From: Podarcis erhardii
Taxonomy: Eukaryota
Direction: 5' to 3' (one strand)
NCBI GenBank assembly: GCA_964252035.1
Contig: OZ176202.1
Length of the DNA stretch: 64,000 nt
A program made the translations under genes and the position numbers. This document shows, piece by piece, positions 10,919-22,759 of this stretch (the stretch's first letter is position 1; every line of letters starts with the position of its first letter). The notes beneath the pieces were generated by a model. It saw only the letters and a list, made by a program, of their open reading frames with translations. It was not told the DNA's origin and did no database searches.

Positions 10919-13469
10919 TATATATATATATATATATATTAGGGAGAGTTCTTCCTCGTTTATCTGCAACTAGGGTAAGTAACACAAGATTGTTATAAAT
11001 CTAGCCCAAGTGATCTCCACTACAATTAAAACAAAAGATATAGTTGCCACAAAATGAGCTGAAGCATTTTAGATGGACCTACCCCACCCTTTTAATCAGT
11101 CTCCTTTGTTGTTTTGTCAGGCTACATGTTATTTATCAATACTTTCTTTTACATTCCCTTGGGGTGCTATTCCATAGCCTGGCCATAAAAACTTCACAGT
11201 GAGAGCAACTGCCCCTCCATTACTGTTGGTAGCATCTAATTGATATGTCAAACCACTAAGGAATGCAGTAAATTGTAGCACCGCCTCCAAACGGAAAATA
11301 AACAAGTCAAAAGATAAACAAGCACCTGAATTTTGCAAAATGTGTAACACAGTAGTTTGTTAATGATTCATACCCAAGCACTGGTTAACCTAAACTTAGG
11401 AAAGACGACAACTCAGTTTATGATACAATTTTCATCAAGGTATGTCTGGTGGTATGTCACATATGTTTGGGTTAAATATATGAACACGACACCTTATGTT
11501 CACCAAACCTATCTGCTTATGTGCTGACATAACAAATCTTGGGGCTACTGCAGCTACTAAAAAGCTTTTGGTCCCTAAATAAACCTCCCTTCTCTTACAC
11601 AGCTATCCCCACCCCCCTTTCCAAGGGGCATGAATGATTGTCACCTTGCTCATTCTATCCCCTCAGCAACCCTGTGAAGACAGTGTGAGGCACCAAAATT
11701 ACACATAGTGAATGCTAACTAGTTTGGAGAATTCAAAATGGTTTTGAAATTGGCTCAAACTGTGTTAATCATGGAAAACAGAAAGTGTGGATATAATTAT
11801 TTGAAGGCATTCCTGTTTGTCCAGGCCTTTGATGGCTTATAGATAACACTGAAATTAGTAAATGTGAGAGTATCTGCTTTTAGATGTTTCCAGGTGTTCT
11901 AAATGTTTTAAATATATTTAAATCATCTAAAAACCATTTAAAACTGTTTCATTTTCATTTTATTTTAAACTGTATTGTTTTACCATTGAAAGGGAAATAC
12001 ATACATGGGAGGGCACAGAATGTAGGGGGCGAATGTGCAGTCCTTACACAGATGTGTCCTCTAGACTACAACTTCCATCAGCCCCAGCCAGCATTGGCAC
12101 AAAGCTGAGGAAGGAAGGCCTAACAGATGCGAATGCACTTTGAGGATGTCACCACACCCCGATGTAGAAACTTTTTCCCATTTTGGAAGAGGCTGTAGTT
12201 CGAATATACAATTTTCTGAACCGCAATAAAAAGGATATACATTGAACTGGAAGGCTATGGATAAAGGGGAAAAAATGATTTAGAGTCCAAGGTATGAGAA
12301 AAGATTAAAAACTAAATAGTGCCTTCAATTTGTTAAGCTGGTGGGAGGAACAAGATGAATGTCCATAAGTTCAATATTTCAAGAGTGTGAATTCAAAAGG
12401 GAAGAGGGACCGCTGGAGATGCAAAGGAAAATAGTGAACTGCAATAAGGTGAAGGGGGAAAATCTACTAATGACAGCTATCTTTTAAATTATGGAATAGT
12501 TTCCCACGGGAAGTAGTGAAAGCCATATCGTCTGAGACATATGAAACTGGACTGACAATAAAACTCTAGAAAATATACTGTAAGGAATAATCTCAGAATA
12601 AACCCACAGGGAAAAGTTGAAGACCTAATAATTCTTTTACTTCTCTGATTTCTATGATTCATGTATTTAATTTGTCCTGGTAAAACCTACCTAGAATGAA
12701 TCAATAGTTTAATATTGTGTAAGTTTTACTACATTTTACCAGACAGGTGGATGGTGGTAGGAAAGCCGTGGAAATTACACAACAGCAGTTAGTAAAACAG
12801 AGTGCAAATAATGTCCTAATTAGAACAAATACTGTTTAATGAAATGGAAGGCCTTGCCTAAAAGATTTCAGAGCTTTCATTTGATATTGAGGACAGACTT
12901 TGAATGAAAAATCTACCTAGCATTTGCTCTTTGGACAGCTTCTGCTAAAAATGATGTTAAATAAAATGTAACCATTACCATAACATTTAACATCCAACAT
13001 TCACACTTGAACACCGCCTCCAATAAACTGAAAGGTAGCCCTACTGGATTGTTAATATGTGGAGCTGATTTTTGAGAAAAGAAGGTACGCTCTTTGGAAC
13101 GAAGTCCTAATAGATGCTGATGAAATTCAAAGATGTATAATTAAAGATGCCCTACTCATATTATGCTACTTCTGTCAAATTCCATACAGAAGTTCTTCCA
13201 CAGTCAGATAAATGAATTATGTCTCTACTCTTCCAGGTACTATTCTGGCTGGCTGGCTCATTTTGCTTTACAAAAGGGGGTCAGGGGTTTTTCCATGCTG
13301 GCATTGGGATAAAAGGTTTCAGCTTTTGAAATTATGGGGATGATACCTAACTTTGAAGGTAACTGTTATTCTGAAAAATTGGGTCATTTCAGATTTAATG
13401 CACATAAATGAATCCCATTGTTCATGCATTTCCTTGCATGCTCTGTATGATGATAATTGGTTTAGAGAA

Positions 13470-13690
13470 TGGTTTAGAGAAACCATTGTATGGATTAGAC
13501 CAGTTCCTGAAGAATATGGTTACTAAGTATGATGGTTATGCATTTCATTCAGCATAAGAGGCACTATGCTGGAGGACATGATTGGGAGAGTGCTATTGTG
13601 CTTACGTTCTGCTTCCAGTCAACCACCGTGAGAGTAGAATGCTTGAATAGATGGGCCTTTGGTCTGATTCATCAAGGGTCGTCTTGTTTT
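13470..13690 (+). mobile_element. Degenerate CR1 3' fragment
   Basis: ggattagaccagttcctg...gaatgcttgaatagatgggcctttggtctgattc, similar to 250-520. Confidence 0.6.
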
Positions 13691-14859
13691 CCTGGTTGCT
13701 GCTACATCTGAACTGTCAAACTTTGACTGCATATGTCCTATATAAACCAGGAGCATGCAAGCGAACGATTCATTCATGGGCTTGGCCTTTCATCCTGAAC
13801 TGACTGCATGGGATCAGAGCATATGAGCATCAGAGCATATCAATCAATTAAATGGATATAGCTATTGATTGTAAAAAGCACAGGTATGTTGTAGTATTAA
13901 GTAGAATGAAATGAATTTTTTAATGTAGAAGATGGATGATTTGCTGTACTTGAATTTATTTCATGCACATTTCTCTAATTTTCTACCACTGAGGAAGACT
14001 AGCAAGCTGAAATGCATCCAGCAATTGAGGCTTTGATGAGAGAGTTCTACAGTGACAATTCTGCTTACCGGTACATGTTAAAATAATAAATGTGTAGCTT
14101 GCCATTTCTGCATCAGTAGAGTTCTGAGTTGACAGCCTTAATCTATCTTGGTCTGACATATAACAATTTACAACATTGTATTTTATATGTATTTAACTTT
14201 TTAAAGAATATTTTTAAGGGTGTATTTTGATTTTTAAAAAGACACACACATTCTCTGCATTTTATGTTCTGTGTATAGCGCATGGTTTTTGTTGTTGTTA
14301 AGAACTTATTTACCTGGTATTGGCAAAAATATTTAGAACATTTAAGTGATGACACATGCATTTTCCACTCATTTTTGCTCAGAACTATGTAGTAGTCTGT
14401 GCAGTCTATGGCAATAATACAATCTCAGGTAACTGTTAGAATATTTTTATATATATAAGCTGGCAAAAATAAACTGATTACAGTAAAATATATTTTTTAT
14501 TACCTTTGGATTCTTAATGTATTGAGATGTTCAAATATCATGGATGGTGCTGATGAGAAAGTTGATCGAGAATATAACGTACTTACTTCTGATTAGAAAG
14601 TTTGTTTTAAAAGTTTGGGTATTTATTATGCATTTTTGAAAAGCCATAAAATAAATAAAGCGTACTTACTCATGATTGAGGAAAACAGAAATTGGTCTTT
14701 GGAAAGTCTCAAAATATGGATTTAAAATTCCTGACCATTTGAACAATGTATTCAGATTCCTTATTATTGGTCTAATTTATTCCCTACCTTTATGAAAATT
14801 GCTCATCTCTGTGAAATGTTAAACAGGCAAGTAAAACCAAAAGCTTCACTTAGCTCAAC

Positions 14860-14860
<1 letters not shown>

Positions 14861-14902
<42 letters not shown>
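14861..14902. repeat. (AAT)n microsatellite
   Basis: Read directly from the sequence. Confidence 0.97.
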
Positions 14903-17900
14903 TCTTTATGTTTGCAGAGATGAGCAATTTCCCATGAAACCAGCTCCAGGGCTGCGCCCATTTGCATGGAGCCATGAAAGATTATTTTATTATTTTATAA
15001 TGACATATTTGAAGTGAGACCAAAAAACCTCAATTCCCTCCAAGTATATATCTTAAGATACTTTAATAAACTATATGCCTTTACATTGTAGAAAACTCCC
15101 TAAAATATGTCATTTCTTTTATAGTTTTACAGACTTGGTTGAACATCCATTGTCCTAATGGTCTTGCATCTCTTTACTCGAGTTCTATGTATGTAGGAAT
15201 TGATGCCTCTAAGTTATGCATGTTAATAATTTATTCCTAGTGAAGGAAATTGTATGAAATTAGATTCTCATGCAACCTTAACAATGACAGTTGCTTTTAA
15301 AATGCCTATAAAAGTTGAGGAAAGGTACTATAGTCAGACATACTAAATACAGGTATTACACCACTCAGAAAAACATTTTAACATTTGGGACCTCACTATG
15401 GGTATTCAGGTTCACAAACCCTATAATTTACATTGGTTAACATTTATAAATATCAAAAGAACAAACAGAAGATAAAAGGTTTTCAAAGAGATCACCTAAT
15501 GTTGCAAATGTAAAGCGTCAATTACTCCTCTAGATGGATGTTTCAACTACAGTTTGTGGGATCTTTTAATTTTCTACAGGTGACATTTAGTAGCAAGAAG
15601 TACCACAAAACTAAATAATAAAAAGCAATTTGGTTGACTTTTGAAGCAAAGCTGTCTGGTTTTTTTTAAAGAGTACAAATGCTAACCTTTCACAAGTGTA
15701 ACTATGCATTTAATTGGGCACCCACATTTAGTCAAAAGATCTGCTTGCTTAATTATGATTTATTGAAGGAGCTTTCATTGTAATGGTCATCACTTATAAA
15801 CAGAATTACTGGAGGGGGACAAATGAACATGAAAACCATGCATTGTGCTGATATTTAAAATAAAATTAAATGAGAAAAATCAGCTTCACTAAAAAGACAT
15901 CAATTCCAGAGATCTAAGACAGGGTTGCTTTTCTTACATAGATGTAAAAAGATTAGGAACCTGCTAGTAACTGTAGCTTTAAAGTGTGCACACACATGGC
16001 AATATATATCTGCTTCCATTTTCACATGTAATATGCAATATGTACATGTGTTTTCTACATCTAGTGAATACCCACATCAGAAGATCAATCCCTTATCCCA
16101 GCTACTTCTTGGGCATGAGAATCTATGGATGCAAGCACACCTTTCACATTCACAAAGGAAAACACATGCACTTCAGTGGGGTCTAATCCAATATAAGTAC
16201 AGACACAGGTGTGAATGTATGTCTCAGCAAACCCAACTCTTTCTTGAGAAAACATTTCATTTGGTGTTTAACTTTCCCTTTGTTTTCTTAAAAACTCATA
16301 CAACATGTACCACTGGCGATGAATGCTTTGGCAAGAATTGGCTGGGCTGCCGTAATGTGCAGATGCCCATTGACAGAGCTGCTCTTATCCTAAACAGGAG
16401 CTGGGCAGTAGATAGGTCCAAGAAAATAGGGCGGGGCGGGGGGGAGATCACAGGAGTAAGAAAGCTATAGAATGGAATCTAAGAGGGGAGAGAATAGATA
16501 GAAAACTACATATGGCCAGGAACTGTGAAGGCAAATAATGTTCAGGTTTACGTATTGATTTGAAATAACCAGTTACATATTTCATTCTAATTATTTTTCA
16601 AGACATTTTTCTTTCCACTATAGGAATAGAGCTAACTGTGAACCTCTACGGTTCTCACTAATAGTCCAGCACTCACTATAAGAAAGTTAATTGAAAAGAA
16701 TTCTCCCTGTAGTTATGAGGAAAAATGCACCTCTCCCAGAACACTGATTTAAGGCTGGTATTTGATGCGAAGACACACTTTTAGTGCATGATATTTGGGC
16801 CTGTCAACTCTCTTTTCTCTGTAGAATATCAAGATTAATAATCCTATAGCACAGAAGGCAAATCATGTTTTGAAATTAAATCCATTCTATGTCTTTCTGT
16901 CTCTCTCCACACATGCACACACACACAACAGCAAGTCTTCTTTGAAATTCTCAAATAAAAATGTGAAATGTAACTATACATATAGTCTCAGAACAGTCAC
17001 AGGTAGCAGCCTCTCTGTGAACCAAGAAATCTTCTATGTAAATAAACACCAAACCAACTTCTTTTAATATATAGAAAAGCTTTACATCCCTAAGGGCCAT
17101 TGGGCATCTGTACAAACACAGCAAATTTCCATAAATATGACAAAAGTACAAAGAATGTCACACACAGAAATACATCTCCTACAGTCTAGGATATGCCAAC
17201 TTTAAAAGGATAGCCCATTTTCTCTTTCTCCAGTATCAGTACTTGATAGGCCAGATTATTATATTACTTTGTTATAATTTATTCAATTTATTAGCTGCCT
17301 TACAGAGTGGACTCAAGGTGACCTACATCCAAGTTTTTTTGAAAAATGAAAAAACGCACATAGAGTCCTCAACAAGAAACATCGCACCACTGTCGACAAA
17401 TAATGGAAAAATCATCACCAACAAGCAAGTCAATTATCAAATGCTCAGCTGACATAATACTGAGTCATCATATACCACCAAACGCCTGGAAGCAAAGGAA
17501 GGCTTCAAAAGATAAACAGAAAAAGTAAGCTTAGCCAGGGGCGGGGGAGACAAGAGAACAAAACATGTTTCTGAGTGTTCTCTGTCTGGATGCCCATGTG
17601 TGTTTTCTCTCCCTTTCTAAATTTCTGCATGTTTTGGTTTTCCCTCTTTGAGCCTGTGACTGTTTCTCTCACTCTGAGGCCGTCTGTGTTTATGTATTCT
17701 TTGGGTCTGGGAGAGAGAGGAGGAGAGAGAAGGAACGAATGCACACAGAGAGCACATCCATTGTTTCTGGCAGGGCACACCTCCAGCGACAGCCATTTTG
17801 TGAGAACCCGTCTTCTCACTACAGCCATTTCGTGGTGCTGCTCACATCACAGTTTGAAAATTCCAAGTGTCCCCACAGACTCAAAAAGGTTGGGGATTCT

Positions 17901-19511
17901 TGCTCCAGGAACTCATCTGCCAATCAGTGGACCACTGGACTTGATTGATCATATGTAGCCAAATCCCGTAAGACAACAGAGCAGCTCAGTATGCAATTAA
18001 CAGTATGCGTTTCATAGCAGAACAAACAAAAAACTTCAAAGACCAACCTTTAAACTGACAGTAATGTTTCCTGATTGTTCATGGTGTCTTAGGCAGATGC
18101 TCATTTAAAGAATTAATCATAGCAGCAATCTGAGCCCTACTAACTGCATTTTTTTAGCCTTTAATCCAAGTTCTAGACTCTTCATCCGCAAAATCTTTTA
18201 ACAAGCATACATGTCTATTGTTCAAGCTTAACAAACCAAAGCAAACTTATCAGAAATATTTGCCCTTTAGACAGAACAGAACATGAATCGATTTCATTAC
18301 TGTCATACTGCGTGGTAAACAACAGAAGTTAGCCAGAAAGCAGGGTTTTGTAAAGCCTATATGAAGCATTTAAAATGACAATTATACAATCACTGTGCAT
18401 TAATTGGCTTCCATTTAAGGAGGACAGAAAGCTTTCCTGTGAAGATAATAAACATACCATCATTTCCATTGCCAGCCTTTTGAGACTGAGTAAAAAGAGG
18501 AGTTTAGAAATAGCCTGTCACTTCAGGCTTTGAGTACTAAATTATTAATTTACACAAAATACTACATTAAAATACCATTAAATCGACCAAAGGCAGCAGA
18601 AGCAGACTTGAAAAGAAGTTTTCACACTTGGTTAGACTATCAAATGCAGTCTATGACATGTAAACTGAATTCCATTTACTTTTACTCCCTCCCTCTCTGC
18701 ATTATTTTCTTTGCCACTCTCACTTGATCAGAGAGGCTTGTTGAAGTTTGTGTTTGCTACCTTCGGTCTGTCTTATTTTTCCTGCTGTGAACTAGCTAGT
18801 TGGGACTTTGCAATCATTCTTCATGCTATAAATTCATGACATGAACAAGGGATTAGATCTTCAATGCAAGATTAGGCACCCAGGAATTGGCAAGGAAGGA
18901 GACCGCCATTATCCAAGCACATATGAAACAGCAACAGAAGCACTACAAAACATCAGCAGAAGCAGACTGCTTTTGCTCAAATAATTCACTTTTCAAGTTG
19001 GAGTCACTAGAAGAATCTTCTTTTTAAGCTAGGTTTCCATGCTTCTTTATGTAACAAATGTCAAAATTAATTCTGAATTGGCCTATCAAAGTGGTTCCCT
19101 CAATTTATGGGATATTAAAGCAGTATATTAATATCCTTTTGGGGTAATTTAGGTTGGACGGAGAGACCAACTGTAACAGACCAATTCCACAGCTGCAGAA
19201 ATACAGTTGTTTCATCGTATTGGTGTTTTAGTTGGTTCTGGTATTGTCCTATGATTGGTTTTATTGTTGTTTCACTGTGAATACTGCACTGTAATTTGCC
19301 CTGGGACCCTTAAAAATGAAGGGTGGAATAGAAATACAGCAAATAAAGAAATAAAATGTTGTTTTGTTTCTCCAGCTCTTCCTGTCACAGTTAAAGCAAT
19401 CTCCTAACCATGGAAAGTGGCGTAAAACTGCTGGGCACTGCAAAGAGAAATTCCTACCCAGTCTCATATCATCAGTAATGTTTCATTTTTATTTATTTTG
19501 TTAGTAATATA

Positions 19512-19990
19512 CTGTTACATGCCACCCCAATCTCTAAGAGGAGCAAAATTCCAGGGATTGCAGGAGCTTAGCCAGGGTTCAGTTTCCTTAGAATGAGGGG
19601 CAGCAGAGACTGAGGTATCTTTAGGATAAATGGTTTATGCACACATAGACACAATCTGAGTGTAAAATGGAGGTGTTCACAGCTTTAACACCTTGAAAGG
19701 TCTCGATTCTACATTAGTCACAGCATGTCTCTGGTTCTCAGCTTCTCAGTCTGCAGCCAGCTTCCAGCCAGATGATGAAGGCCTACCCATTAGCTTGTGG
19801 TGACAGTGCTTAACTGTTCGGGCCAACAATCATTGCCTAGACAAAGGGACTAATGACTGTACTTAGGTGGCAAGCAAAGAAACTTTTCCAGCTAGTTCAA
19901 CAACAGAATCCTCCATTCAATTTTAACCTGGCTGGAGCCATTTGACTTTAATCCTTGCTGGATCCTCCCTGCAAATTCTGCCCTCCTTTT
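19512..19990 (-). mobile_element. Probable LTR remnant
   Basis: Starts tgttaca. On minus, ataaaccatttatcctaaagatacctcagtctctgctg resembles an LTR R/U5 region. No TSD confirmed. Confidence 0.35.
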
Positions 19991-20071
19991 TGTTTCGGAT
20001 GGTTAGTCATGTACAAGCATTCTATTAGATTTGAAAGGGATGAGGTACAGATAGAAGAAAATTAAACTCAC

Positions 20072-20179
20072 TTGCAGGAAACCTTTGTTCTGTCAGCCAC
20101 CATAGTCCACTGCTGCTGGTTAGTGGAAACTTCAATGTAATAGCTGTAGCTTCTGTCGTCACAATCCCAGAGAAGTAAC
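20072..20179 (-). CDS. BTBD9: BTBD9 internal exon (108 nt, ~human exon 9): (R)LLLWDCDDRSYSYYIEVSTNQQQWTMVADRTKVSC(K)
   Basis: Acceptor ctgtttctgctcatgcag, donor AA|gtgagt, open frame. Confidence 0.97.
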
Positions 20180-20490
20180 CTGCATGAGCAGAAACAGTAA
20201 GAATTCAGTGACCACCAACCCACCAACCAACCAACCAATCATGGAATACATAATTTATTTCTACAATCTTTCCTGCTAACCTATGTTAACTGCTTGTCTT
20301 GGAATGTGTCTCTATTAATCAGCAGTTTGAATTCTGTATTTGTATTTTAACCTTAGTTAAAAGGGGGACATTTTGGCCATAAGTAGGCATAAAAGTAAAC
20401 TATACTGTAATTCCAGATCCTTACTTCCTGAAAATTCTTCTTTATCAACTATTTCTTTGTTATTTTTATCTAGGTTTAAAACAGCCTTAT

Positions 20491-20620
20491 CCAGCCTGGT
20501 GGCTCCATATGTTTTGAGCTATAACTCCTATCAGTCCCAGTGCTAGCTGGGATGATGAGTTACAGTCCAAAAACATCTGGAGGACACCATTTTGAGGAAG
20601 CCTGCTTCAAAGCCGTAGGT
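20491..20620. mobile_element. Small palindromic hAT-like MITE (degenerate)
   Basis: cagcc...catatgtttt...aactcctatcag...gatgatgagttacagtccaaaaacatctgg...gcctg, same family as 38222-38358. Confidence 0.6.
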
Positions 20621-20874
20621 AGGAGCAGAATTCTGGGAATACATATTTTTCTGGCAGGCCTAATAATTTGGCTTTCAATAATTATCCCACTTTAAACTTT
20701 CTAAGCAATCTATAATATCTTGTCAATTAGAGCATTTATTTGCAATTCATCTAAATTATTCTTAATTTATGTAAAAATCAATCCATGTGGAAAACTAGTT
20801 CAGTCGGCAAGTGTGAATATGACTGCATTGCCAAAGTGAAGGTCAGCCTCTGATTCACAGGCCAACAAAAACTG

Positions 20875-21600
20875 TACTTATTTATCTATTTTGGTATTTT
20901 TATACCACCTTTCAGGGCCAAAGGCAGTATCAAGGTAGTTCAGAGTCAAAATCATAAAAATAAAAGATAAGACAATTAAAGTATACAACACAGAGGACAA
21001 GGAGGAAAAAGCAGGAATAGTTAAAGTCCAATTAAAAGCAACTTCAAATAGCAATGTATTTAAGGCCTGTTTGAACACAATCAGGCAATGAGCCTGGCAC
21101 ACATCCCATGGGAGGGTGTTACAATGTGATGTAGCCACTACTGAAAGGTTCTGTGGTTGCTAACCAGATGATTCTTAATTGTGGGCCTGTGAGAAGGGTC
21201 TCTGTGGCCGATGTCAAGGCCTGGGCAGATCTGGGTATGTTTTCTTCAGATAGCAAGGCCCCAAACCAGTGAATGCATGAAAGGCAGCAGTACAGAAATG
21301 GACTGGTAATCAACACAGCTACTTACAGAATAAATGTTTTATGGTCTGATTACTTTATCTCACAAGCAACCAGGCAGCTGCATTGCAGACCAGCTAAAGC
21401 TTCTGAACTTTACAGGCAGCCCCACACAGATTGTGTTATGGTAGTTTAATGTGGATGTAACTATGGCATGAATGACAGTAGCCAAGTCTGCTTCCTCCAA
21501 ATAAGGTGGCTGCTGGCAAATCAGCTGAAGCAGAACTCCTGACAACAGAAGTGCTGCCTGAAGACTTGAAAGGAAAACAGAACTGTCCTTACTTGGTGTC
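20875..21600 (-). mobile_element. L2 LINE 3' fragment
   Basis: Degenerate ORF2 C-terminus (LICQQPPYLEEADLATVIHAIVTSTLNYHN) and an L2-like tail near 20880. Confidence 0.7.
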
Positions 21601-22759
21601 AAGGATATCGGCGAACACAAAAAGGTGCCCCCACTTTTTAAAAAATCACATTAAATAGAAATGATGTAATAGAAATAGAAATTCACACCAAATGGACAAA
21701 AGAGTAGAAAAATAAGTAGAAGTGGAAGTGACTATAAGCATGCATAATTATTCAAGCCTCTTCCACAGATCTTCATAAAGATGTGAATTAGCCAATTTAT
21801 AGCAAGAAAACCTTCACATGGTCCTCCAATACAGACTTCCTAGTTAGTGCTCATCTTGAAAGTATACAAAATGCATGGTTATATTACATATCTTCAATCA
21901 CCTATTCTTAAGCTCACTATCGATTTTTCTTTAGGACCAATGAACTGCTTTTATAAATTGATTACCAAATGTGATTTTGCTTACATCTTTTACAAATGTT
22001 TTGGCTGGCTGCATACCATTGATTAGCAGGATTTGAGTTTATAGCAACAAATTGCTCTCTTTGCTGCTGTTTTGATACAAAATTCAATAGCAACTATGGT
22101 TTTCAAAAGCTTTTGTCTTTGCTATTGGAGCAAGAAGTAACTGGAAGCAGAGCTAGAAGACTGCATTTACTTTGCTTAAAATAATTGCTCTCTCATCAGT
22201 CTAGAAAGAAAGTTTTTAAACTGCAGCGTTCTAATTGGAAAGCCTGCATTATGCATGTTATGGCAAGCTACATTGTGCTGATTGTGATTTTTAACTTCTG
22301 CTCTTTTCCTTAAGGGTTTAATTTACTACCAGGTCCAGAGTTAAAAGGCCTATGCCTTGGTGCTTATTCACTTAAATGGCACTGACTAGAAAGTGTAAAA
22401 TTGACCTGCATTGCTTGCGTTTTGCACTGTTGTTGTGGAAAGCCTACCCTTCTACAACACAATTACTGAACATAATTATTGCAATTTTCATAATTTAGTC
22501 TCCCTTTTGGGGGGGAAAGTGGCTCACACAATAATTATGATACAAACATAATAGACAATGATGACATTTGATGATTTCTATGGAATCCCTAGGGATTGTT
22601 CCACATGAAACCAAAGATTAATTGGGTAGCCAACTCCCCCTGCCCCTGATTTATATAACATTTTAGATTCCTAAGAACATGGAGTAGTGTTCAATGAAAT
22701 TTTGTTCAGACCCACTGAAGTTAATTCACCTAACATACTTATGTTTATTAATTTCTGCA

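Noticed and set aside
10639-10998. Overlapping ORFs on both strands (119 and 109 aa)
   Set aside because: They are produced by the (TA)n tract and the perfect palindrome.
16428-16446. G-rich GC-box/G-quadruplex-like run
   Set aside because: Isolated, not in a CpG island, with no supporting promoter context.
15925-16470. Longest supplied ORF (181 aa, plus strand)
   Set aside because: It starts at TTG, has low-information (CA/TA-rich) composition, no recognisable domain and no bracketing splice sites.
1-20071. Search for the next BTBD9 exon (SWQSVTF...GTHNTANE)
   Set aside because: Not found by eye; presumably beyond the left edge.
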